This document shows positions 17,516 to 24,079 of a stretch of DNA of 64,000 nt, piece after piece (within the stretch, counting starts at the first letter, position 1; the number at the start of each line of letters is the position of its first letter). The position numbers and the translations under genes were made by a program. Under the pieces are notes generated by a model. That model was not told where the DNA came from. It saw only the letters and a program-made list of their open reading frames with translations, and ran no database searches. Source of the stretch: a virus; IMG/VR virus record IMGVR_UViG_3300005965_000004, positions 1 to 64,000 of that record; one strand, written 5' to 3'.

Positions 17516-17591
17516 TGGTACCTCTGAAAGGACTCGAACCCTTAACTCTTCGTTCGTAGCGAAGTATGATTTCCTGTTTCACTACAGAGGC
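17516..17591 (-). tRNA. tRNA-Arg(ACG)
   Basis: CTTCG-CTACGAA-CGAAG. Confidence 0.9.
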
Positions 17592-17597
17592 AAAAAT

Positions 17598-17674
17598 TGG
17601 TACCCAGTAGAGGATTCGAACCTCTGATCCCTTGCTTGTAAGGCAAGTGCCTTCTACCGCTCGGCCAACCGGGC
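17598..17674 (-). tRNA. tRNA-Val(TAC)
   Basis: CTTGC-CTTACAA-GCAAG. Confidence 0.9.
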
Positions 17675-17681
17675 ATATATT

Positions 17682-17759
17682 TGGTACCGGGAGAGAGATT
17701 CGAACTCTCAAAAAACACTGGTTCTAAGCCAGCTGCATATGCCATTCTGCTACCCCGGC
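17682..17759 (-). tRNA. tRNA-Leu(TAG) lacking the usual long variable arm
   Basis: GCTGG-CTTAGAA-CCAGT. Confidence 0.85.
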
Positions 17760-17770
17760 ATTTTATCAAA

Positions 17771-17839
17771 TGGTGATGTCGGGGAGACTCGAACTCCCAT
17801 TACACTAAGCCGCGATACCACTGTTTAAAAGCCGACATT
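17771..17839 (-). pseudogene. tRNA-like element with acceptor stem, T arm and CCA but no anticodon arm
   Basis: ATGTCG/CGACAT, GGGAGTTCGAGTCTCCC, ACCA. Confidence 0.5.
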
Positions 17840-17909
17840 TACAGACTCCTGTTAAAATTCTTATTGTGTGCAACATTTATAATATAACATATTCCATGTT
17901 AATTGTCAA

Positions 17910-17992
17910 TGGCACCCGTGGTAGGATTCGAACCTACATTTTCAGTTCCAATTACCTTTACTGAGGTAGAAGCTCAGCAGGACTACACGGGC
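17910..17992 (-). tRNA. atypical tRNA with TCT anticodon (D arm absent or relocated)
   Basis: GCCCGTG acceptor, 7-nt linker, GCTGAG-CTTCTAC-CTCAGT, D-loop-like AATTGGAA after the anticodon arm. Confidence 0.65.
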
Positions 17993-18006
17993 ATTTTTAG
18001 TATTTA

Positions 18007-18080
18007 TGGAGCTGCTATTCGGATTTGAACCGAAATCTTTTCCTTTACGAGAGGAAAGCTTTACATTAAGCTATAGCAGC
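18007..18080 (-). tRNA. tRNA-Thr(CGT)
   Basis: TTCCT-CTCGTAA-AGGAA. Confidence 0.85.
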
Positions 18081-18383
18081 GTATTTTCTATCTCTAAGTT
18101 TTCTTTGAATTCTTCCATTTCCACGATTCGCACCTTTAGAAGTTTTTGTTAAACTGTGGCAGTTTGGGCAAAGTAAAGTTAAATTTTCTTCTTTACTGTT
18201 ACTGGCATTTCCATCAATATGTTCAATTTCTAATGGAATATTTCTAGTAAATTCATTGACTTCGTTCCAACCACATCTTGAACATTTTGAATCAAACTTT
18301 TTGAAAATATATCTTTTTACATAATTGGAAAGATTTTCTTCTCCAACTTTATTTCCAGAAACTTTTTTTGTTTTTCCAATCAT
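18066..18383 (-). pseudogene. N-truncated HNH endonuclease within the tRNA array
   Basis: KCSRCGWNEVN..T..IPLEIEHIDGN..N..EENL.LLCPNCHSLT. Confidence 0.75.
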
Positions 18384-18447
18384 TGACAGAATCGAACTGT
18401 CGTTACTACTATACCAAAGTAGCTTTCTACCATTGAAATAAGCGGGC
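18383..18447 (-). pseudogene. tRNA-Thr(GGT) missing its 3' acceptor strand
   Basis: 5' strand, D arm, CTACT-TTGGTAT-AGTAG and T arm intact, then runs directly into HNH sequence. Confidence 0.7.
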
Positions 18448-18467
18448 ATTTGTCAAGAATTTTTATA

Positions 18468-18554
18468 AGCTAGTGGACGGATTCGAACCGCCGCGTGGCT
18501 TTCGCCATCCTCCTTACAAGAGAGGCGCAATCGACCAGACTATGCGACACTAGC
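18468..18554 (-). tRNA. tRNA-Thr(TGT) with long variable arm, no encoded CCA
   Basis: CCTCT-CTTGTAA-GGAGG; TGGC-GAAA-GCCA arm. Confidence 0.8.
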
Positions 18555-18564
18555 ATATTAAATT

Positions 18565-18658
18565 TGGCGGAGAGCTAGAGAATCGAACTCTAACCGGCAT
18601 ATTTTATCCGGGACACTTTAGCAGAGTGCTCCAACGAACCAATATTTGGCTGCTCTCC
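18565..18658 (-). tRNA. tRNA-Ser(GCT)
   Basis: GCACT-CTGCTAA-AGTGT; long variable arm. Confidence 0.88.
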
Positions 18659-18668
18659 AAAATTAAAT

Positions 18669-18793
18669 CAGAATGGACTTTTGCTTTACTTGTGCTCTAC
18701 CAGTTGAGCTACCCTCCCATAATGGCGGAAGGGGCAGGACTTGAACCTACAACATCAAGTTGGACTTAGCGTTAATTGCTGTAGCCATTCTTC
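18669..18793 (-). ncRNA. stem-motif RNA copy 5, YrlA-like with circularly permuted tRNA domain
   Basis: GAAGAATGGC-TACAGCAA...GTAGGTTCAAGTCCTGC (T arm) CCCTTCC-GCCA-TTAT-GGGAGGG (closed acceptor) TAGCTCAACTGGTAGAGC (D arm)...CCATTCTG. Confidence 0.8.
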
Positions 18794-18811
18794 CTTTATT
18801 TTCAAAGAATT

Positions 18812-18886
18812 TGGTCGTAGCCCAGGGAATCGAACCCTGTTGAGACTGGATATGAGTCAGTCTAAGATGCCAACCTACCGACTACG
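18812..18886 (-). tRNA. tRNA with CAT anticodon (Met or Ile2), atypical
   Basis: ACTGA-CTCATAT-CCAGT; T arm and CCA. Confidence 0.7.
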
Positions 18887-18910
18887 AAAAATCGTTCTAT
18901 AGGATATATT

Positions 18911-18985
18911 TGGTGGAGACGGTGGGAGTCCAACCCACCAAAAAAACCTTGCAAGGGTTTCTCGCCTGCCCGACTGTTCGTCCCC
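18911..18985 (-). tRNA. tRNA-Ala(TGC), atypical D arm
   Basis: G3:U70 acceptor GGGGACG/CGTCTCC, AAACC-CTTGCAA-GGTTT, T-loop TTGGACT. Confidence 0.75.
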
Positions 18986-18994
18986 ATTATCTCA

Positions 18995-19052
18995 CAGGAT
19001 GATTTTTTCTCTTTTACCATAAAGATTTTTGAGATTGCTGAACTCATCCTTC
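18995..19052 (-). ncRNA. stem-motif RNA copy 6 (minimal)
   Basis: GAAGGATGAG-TTCAGCAA...TCATCCTG. Confidence 0.65.
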
Positions 19053-19069
19053 TGAGTTATTTACAAAAA

Positions 19070-19146
19070 TGGTCGGGATGGAGGGATTCGAACCCCCGAT
19101 TCCTCGGCCCCAAACCGAGTGACCTACCAAACTAGCCTACATCCCG
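19070..19146 (-). tRNA. tRNA-Pro(TGG)
   Basis: canonical cloverleaf. Confidence 0.92.
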
Positions 19147-19154
19147 ATGAAAAT

Positions 19155-19231
19155 TGGTATCGACGACCGGATTTGAACCGGTGATTTTCACATTGAAAGT
19201 GTGATGGATTAGACCACTATCCTACGCCGAC
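19155..19231 (-). tRNA. tRNA-Glu(TTC)
   Basis: TCACA-CTTTCAA-TGTGA. Confidence 0.88.
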
Positions 19232-19423
19232 ATTGATATCTATAATATAATAGATTCAAGAGTCTTTGTCAAGTCCTTTCTTCATTTTTTCTTCTTCAAG
19301 CATCTTCATTGTGAATCTCGATTCAGCTATAACTTCATAGTAACTGTCATCCACGAATCTTTCAAGAAGACTAATGATCCTCATTACTCTTTCTATTTTT
19401 CTGTCTTCCATTTGTCGAGTTCC

Positions 19424-20083
19424 TTATATAACAATATCAGCAAAAGGTTTTAGCTTCTCGACTTCCTTACATTCCATTTCAACAACTTTTGCCCTGAAGT
19501 CGCTTGTCTCGTTTTCTTTCTTCCTTTTGTTTCTGAAGTCAAATGTCGATTTTGGGTCTGTGTTTCCAATATGTATTCTAACATCAGAACAAATCTTATT
19601 ATGACATCCATACAAACCTTCAAAAATCAAAATGTCACAATTAGACTTATCTATGCTTGCCTGTATAATAGCAGTAGAGAACTTTGACATTATGAAGAAC
19701 TGTATGTTATTATATAGTGGATTTTTGAATGTTTCAAAAGTCCAACAAAGTCTCTTCCAATCCCATTCATTAGGACCAACAGTATCCAAGTTTTCTTTTC
19801 TCACATCATTTCTTATATGCCACGGTGTTTTGTAATAATCATCACCAGAAATAATGTGACATTGCTTTCCAGAATTAATGAAGTATTCTGCTAGCTTGAA
19901 TGCTGTTTCTGACTTCCTAGTTCCAGAAATTCCACCAACTGAAATTATAGCTTTTTTCAGCAAAATTTTCTTGTCAAGTCTGTCAATTATTCTTTTGGCA
20001 TTCTTCTCACTAACACTGTCCCAAACTAAATAATCTCCAAACATAAGCTTTCCCTTTTTTCTTGAAAGAGTGTTAAAAATCAT
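19424..20083 (-). CDS. P-loop kinase, uridine kinase-like
   Basis: ISVGGISGTRKSE (variant Walker A), ISGDDYY, ILIFEGLY. Confidence 0.7.
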   Translation of the reverse strand: MIFNTLSRKKGKLMFGDYLVWDSVSEKNAKRIIDRLDKKILLKKAIISVGGISGTRKSETAFKLAEYFINSGKQCHIISGDDYYKTPWHIRNDVRKENLDTVGPNEWDWKRLCWTFETFKNPLYNNIQFFIMSKFSTAIIQASIDKSNCDILIFEGLYGCHNKICSDVRIHIGNTDPKSTFDFRNKRKKENETSDFRAKVVEMECKEVEKLKPFADIVI

Positions 20084-20108
20084 CGCACTCTTATTTAGGG
20101 ATTTGAAA

Positions 20109-20184
20109 TGGTGCCGCCTTTGGGAATCGAACCCAACTCTTCACGGGCTTCAACCGAACGCTTCTCCAGTATAGCTTAGACGGC
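20109..20184 (-). tRNA. tRNA-Phe(GAA)
   Basis: CGG-TTGAAGC-CCG anticodon arm; T arm; CCA. Confidence 0.8.
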
Positions 20185-20193
20185 ATAAAATTA

Positions 20194-20270
20194 TGGTGGA
20201 TGGACTCTGAATTGAACCGAGGACACCCTGGATTTTTAGTCCAGTGCTCTACCAGCTGAGCTACCCAGCC
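20194..20270 (-). tRNA. tRNA-Phe with AAA anticodon
   Basis: CTGGA-CTAAAAA-TCCAG on a Phe-like body; mismatches in T and acceptor stems. Confidence 0.65.
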
Positions 20271-20279
20271 ATAAAATAT

Positions 20280-20354
20280 TGGTACTCCCACGGGGAGTCG
20301 AACCCCGGTTACAGGACTGAAAACCCTGTGTCCTAGCCACTAGACGATAGGAGC
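20280..20354 (-). tRNA. tRNA-Glu(TTC)
   Basis: canonical; near-duplicate of the tRNA-Glu(CTC) body. Confidence 0.9.
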
Positions 20355-20360
20355 ATAAAT

Positions 20361-20447
20361 TGGTACTGCGGGTGGGATTTGAACCCACGTCGGCTTTCAC
20401 CACACCTTATCAGAGTGTTGCCTGACACCGGACTCGGCTACCGCAGT
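20361..20447 (-). tRNA. tRNA-Ile(GAT) with long variable arm
   Basis: ACACT-CTGATAA-GGTGT; GGT-GAAA-GCC arm. Confidence 0.82.
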
Positions 20448-20456
20448 ATAAAAATT

Positions 20457-20535
20457 CAGGATGGTTAGTTTGATGGATTTGAACCATCTAAGATGTCGAT
20501 TAGAAGTCGATGTTGTTATGCTGAAACCATCCTTC
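20457..20535 (-). ncRNA. stem-motif RNA copy 7 carrying an anticodon-like arm (TCT) and a T arm
   Basis: GAAGGATGGT-TTCAGCAT...TCGA-CTTCTAA-TCGA...GATGGTTCAAATCCATC...ACCATCCTG. Confidence 0.72.
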
Positions 20536-20551
20536 TCTTATTTACAAAATT

Positions 20552-20637
20552 TGGAGTCCCGGTAGGGAATTTCACCCATTATACTTTTAATACTTGGCCG
20601 TTCCTCTCCAAGCATCTACGCCTTTTACGCTCGCGAC
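20552..20637 (-). pseudogene. highly diverged tRNA-like element
   Basis: imperfect acceptor GTCGCG/CGGGAC-TCCA, extended ATGCTTGG/CCAAGTAT arm, altered T loop. Confidence 0.4.
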
Positions 20638-20643
20638 AAAATT

Positions 20644-20732
20644 TGGAGCACCCGGTGGGATTCGAACCCACGCCCTCAATGGGGTCATACAGTTTTGCAG
20701 ACTGCGGCCTTAATCCACTTGGCTACGGATGC
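20644..20732 (-). tRNA. tRNA-Cys(GCA) with long variable region
   Basis: GCAGT-CTGCAAA-ACTGT; U73. Confidence 0.82.
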
Positions 20733-20740
20733 TTAAAAAT

Positions 20741-20816
20741 TGGGGTGACATTTCGGACCCGACCCGAACCCTACAGCTTCACAGGCTGCAATGCTTCCAA
20801 CTACACCAATGTCACC
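20741..20816 (-). tRNA. tRNA-His(GTG)
   Basis: G-1:C73, GCAGC-CTGTGAA-GCTGT; non-canonical T loop. Confidence 0.8.
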
Positions 20817-20825
20817 ATAAATAAC

Positions 20826-21006
20826 GGGGACGTGCTTCCGTTACACTTCATTTCCTAGTAGGTATCAAGACTTACATTTGAATTACTTTACAATTGACAA
20901 CATTTCGAAGACTAGCCAATTGTGATTAGATTGCGCACTCCAATCAAATTCAAAAATAACGCTTAATACGTTTCAAAAAGCTTGGAATCGAACCAAGTCC
21001 TTCTCC
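20826..21006 (-). ncRNA. circularly permuted tRNA-like RNA with about 120-nt insert
   Basis: T arm CTTGGTTCGATTCCAAG comes first and D arm GTGTAACGGAAGCAC last. Confidence 0.5.
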
Positions 21007-21059
21007 ATGAATTTCATACCATATAAAAAGGTATGGTAGAATTTGTACCTACTTTAATT

Positions 21060-21139
21060 TGGAGCACCCGGTGGGATTCGAACCCACGATGATTTCCTGC
21101 TTGGAAGGCAGGCGCAATCGACCACTATGCGACGGGTGC
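21060..21139 (-). tRNA. tRNA-Gly(TCC)
   Basis: CCTGC-CTTCCAA-GCAGG; U73. Confidence 0.9.
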
Positions 21140-21153
21140 GTATTTACAAAAAT

Positions 21154-21241
21154 TGGCTGATGAGGAGGGATTCGAACCCCCGACGGGCTTTCGCCATCTG
21201 ATTAACAGTCAGACCCCTGCTGCCAACTCGGGTACTCATCA
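21154..21241 (-). tRNA. tRNA-Asn(GTT) with long variable arm
   Basis: TCTGA-CTGTTAA-TCAGA; GGC-GAAA-GCC arm. Confidence 0.85.
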
Positions 21242-21284
21242 GTAAATTATATTAATCCTATTTTTATCAATCTTTTCTTAACGG

Positions 21285-21317
21285 ATAGGTATATTTTTAC
21301 ATGAAATATCTAACTGT
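21285..21317. repeat. 33-bp exact dispersed repeat (second copy at 318-350)
   Basis: ATAGGTATATTTTTACATGAAATATCTAACTGT at both positions. Confidence 0.85.
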
Positions 21318-21327
21318 TAATTAATTT

Positions 21328-21406
21328 TGGCAGTCTCGACGGGATTTGAACCCGCGACCTTCTCGTTGACAGCGAGAAATCCTAGACCTGACTAGACCAC
21401 GAGACT
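21328..21406 (-). tRNA. tRNA-Asp(GTC)
   Basis: TCTCG-CTGTCAA-CGAGA. Confidence 0.88.
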
Positions 21407-21413
21407 GTGAAAT

Positions 21414-21492
21414 TGGTCTGGACGGTAGAATTCGAACCTACGTGATCCCGGTTCCAGGCCGCGTGACTCAAGCCATACTAGCATACACCCGG
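21414..21492 (-). tRNA. tRNA-Pro(TGG)-like, 5' strand shared with the upstream tRNA-Lys
   Basis: CGG-CCTGGAA-CCG arm, T arm, ACCA; 5' acceptor overlaps 21484-21492. Confidence 0.55.
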
Positions 21493-21567
21493 ATGGATTC
21501 GAACCATCGATGCGCTTTCGCGTCCACATTAAAAGTGTGGTACTCTCGACCTCTGAGTGACGGGTGC
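21484..21567 (-). tRNA. tRNA-Lys(TTT) with long variable arm, no CCA
   Basis: CCACA-CTTTTAA-TGTGG; CGC-GAAA-GCG arm. Confidence 0.78.
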
Positions 21568-21749
21568 GTAAAAAATTTAGTAATAATTATCTCAAACCAT
21601 AATATTCATGTTACATTGAACTATCTTTGTACCTTTTTCTTGTTTACCAACAAAGGATTTGGCACAAAACTTACTACAAAAATCTCCATTACTCCACTTA
21701 CTATATTTTTTCAGTGAACTTTTTTCAAACTTTTTTACAGGTTGGAACT

Positions 21750-21824
21750 TGGCAGACCCGGAGGGATTCGAACCCACATCTGCTGGTTTTGGAGACCAGT
21801 GTGTTACCGTTACACCACGGACCT
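21750..21824 (-). tRNA. tRNA-Trp(CCA)
   Basis: CTGGT-CTCCAAA-ACCAG. Confidence 0.92.
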
Positions 21825-21836
21825 GTAAAGAAATCT

Positions 21837-21911
21837 TGGTTACCGGGGCAGGATTCGAACCCACATCCTTTGAGTCAAAGTCAAACATCCTAGCCATTGG
21901 ACGACCCGGCA
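21837..21911 (-). tRNA. tRNA-Gln(TTG)
   Basis: TTTGA-CTTTGAC-TCAAA. Confidence 0.88.
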
Positions 21912-21924
21912 ATAAATTTACTTA

Positions 21925-22009
21925 TGGTGGGCATGGACGGAGTTGAACCGCCACAGTCGAAAGACGGGTGGGTTACAGCCACTTGAGCTCGCCAATGCTC
22001 AGCCTACCC
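21925..22009 (-). tRNA. tRNA-Tyr(GTA)
   Basis: GTGG-CTGTAAC-CCAC; variable arm. Confidence 0.85.
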
Positions 22010-22026
22010 ATCAAAAGTAAATTTAT

Positions 22027-22113
22027 TGGTTCTGCGGGAAGGATTCAAACCTTCATAGCCATAAAGTCGACGGATTTACAGTCCGCTGATTTCGTCCACT
22101 TACCATCCGCAGA
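22027..22113 (-). tRNA. second, divergent tRNA-Tyr(GTA)
   Basis: GCGGA-CTGTAAA-TCCGT; U1:A72 acceptor; T-loop TTTGAAT. Confidence 0.8.
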
Positions 22114-22121
22114 ATAAAATT

Positions 22122-22199
22122 TGGTACCCCCGTCTGGACTCGAACCAGAACCTTACAGATTAAGAGTCTGCCATGCTAATCCAATTACAACACGGAGGC
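22122..22199 (-). tRNA. tRNA-Lys(CTT)
   Basis: GCAGA-CTCTTAA-TCTGT. Confidence 0.9.
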
Positions 22200-22578
22200 A
22201 AAAGTGAGTGTGTTACTAAAATCTCTTTAGCGTTTTTCGCAAAATGATTCTTTCACACACTCTTATATGTAAAATTTACATCTTCAATGTAAATTCACAT
22301 TCAGTACAAGTTGCTTTCGCAACAATGTGCTTACGTCAGTTTCCAGAAATGTCAAAAAGCCAAAAAAAGAGAGTCAGATTTTTACCTGACTCTCTTTGAT
22401 ATTCCAAGTATCTTATGAGTCAGGTTAGGCAGTGCCTCCTTCTGGTCTATCTGTAATATTAGCACTGAGCCAATTATAGACCACGGATATGGCACTAAAA
22501 TAATGCTGCTTGCCTTGTTTTTGAATTGTCTGTTTACAAATGCGTTCCATAAGATTACCTTTTCTTTCCTTTTCCTTT

Positions 22579-22656
22579 TGGTTGCAACGGGTTGGAATCG
22601 AACCAACTTTTCTCTGCTTATGAGACAGAGCGAGATGCCAACCTCTTCCCCCTGCT
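22579..22656 (-). tRNA. tRNA-Met(CAT), possibly initiator-like
   Basis: TCTGT-CTCATAA-GCAGA; 3' end TTGCAACCA with unpaired 1:72. Confidence 0.75.
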
Positions 22657-22980
22657 GTAATTTGTCTCCAAAAACTATTTATAGTTTTAATATACCATTT
22701 TCTCCAAAAAATGTCAAATTTTTTGAGTGAGACTCATCCAGGTACTTCTACCGCTGGCACGGATTTTATTATTGTCTCACTCTCTTCTACTAACCACATA
22801 TTAAAGATAACATATTTTCACAAGATTGTCAATAGTTTTTTTCATCTTTTTTTCTTGTGTTTCTTTCTCTTCTCAATCGCACAATAACAATATACAAAAT
22901 TTTCGTAAGAATGTCAACAACTTTCTCAAAAAAATTGTTTAAGCGATTAAACTACCTATAATATTGTACGCGCTTGTACA

Positions 22981-23247
22981 TTATATATCATTCTTAGAAG
23001 CATCTCTGAATAACTTGTCCATGAATGGCTCAAGTCCTGCTTCTCCACCATCAGAAGAAATAACTTCGTCTATCATTGACTTATAAGCCAAGAAATCAGT
23101 TGTTCTGTAACCTGTTGCTCTCTCGTATCTCTTCTGTAATTCTCCAAGCTTTTCAGAGGCTTCCTTAAGAAGTTCAATAACATCTTCCGTATCGACAACT
23201 ATTAACTGAAGCTCTTCATTCTCTTTAAGATATTGTTTGAAACTCAT
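22981..23247 (-). CDS. hypothetical protein
   Basis: MSFKQYLKE N-terminus; follows GAGGAG. Confidence 0.65.
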   Translation of the reverse strand: MSFKQYLKENEELQLIVVDTEDVIELLKEASEKLGELQKRYERATGYRTTDFLAYKSMIDEVISSDGGEAGLEPFMDKLFRDASKNDI

Positions 23248-23249
23248 TA

Positions 23250-23627
23250 TTACTCCTCTCCACCCATGTCAAATTCTTCATCGTCAGACATTGATGGCTC
23301 TTTTGTTGGTTCTACCTCGTCATTTCCACCAATCTTTTCTGTAGAAATTTCAACCATGATTTCCACTGGAACCGCATCACCTTCACTTTCATCGTATTTT
23401 GATGTTGCTACAAATCTTGGAGAATTTTTCAAAACACCCTTTTCATGGGTCTCTACTCCAATCTCCATATTATTGATGACCTGCATTTTCTCATCTTCAG
23501 ACAGGTCGAATTCTGTTACAATATACTCCTTAATAACATCTATAATGTTTTTGAGAAGGTTGCTTGAGACTTTCTTAGACTCATTTTCCTCAAGCTTGTT
23601 TCTGACAAAATCTGTAAAGGCTCCCAT
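23250..23627 (-). CDS. acidic hypothetical protein
   Basis: strong RBS AAGGAGAGG. Confidence 0.65.
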   Translation of the reverse strand: MGAFTDFVRNKLEENESKKVSSNLLKNIIDVIKEYIVTEFDLSEDEKMQVINNMEIGVETHEKGVLKNSPRFVATSKYDESEGDAVPVEIMVEISTEKIGGNDEVEPTKEPSMSDDEEFDMGGEE

Positions 23628-23637
23628 TTTCCTCTCC

Positions 23638-24079
23638 TTAATTTAAAAACAATTTTAGTTGTTTTTTATTAGTTTTATATCCAAACTTTTTGTGAATTTC
23701 TTTATGACAATCTTTACATAAAGTTATACCATTATTTATTTATATATATTATAACGATTTTCAAAATTTTCTTTAAAATTGTCAATATGATGAACGTGAA
23801 GATGTTCTTTAGAACAACATTTTTGACAAGTATGATTGTCTCTTTCAAGAACTTCTTTTTTCCAAAAATAGTTATCTGAAATTAATCCTCTATTACGACT
23901 TAAAAATCTTTCTTCGTTGGTAATTTTATTATTATATTTTGGATGATTTGAACCAACTTTTAAATTTTATTCTTCCAAATCTATCCTTATAAAGAGGAAT
24001 ATCATATCCTTTACTTTTCCAATAATCATAAGTTCTTCCATTTATTGTTACATTCAAATAAGTATGTATCTATTATCAT
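23638..24079 (-). pseudogene. frameshifted HNH homing endonuclease
   Basis: pieces in different frames: WKKEVLERDNHTCQKC..LHVHHI and NNGITLCKDCHKEIH. Confidence 0.75.

Noticed and set aside
16210-17769. ORF-track entries such as 16258-16563, 17499-17711 and 17542-17769 (also 20493-20858 and 21627-21946)
   Set aside because: They are translations of tRNA and RNase P genes
18911-18985. tmRNA (Ala-type acceptor with odd D region)
   Set aside because: Only 75 nt, has a TGC anticodon arm, and has no tag reading frame
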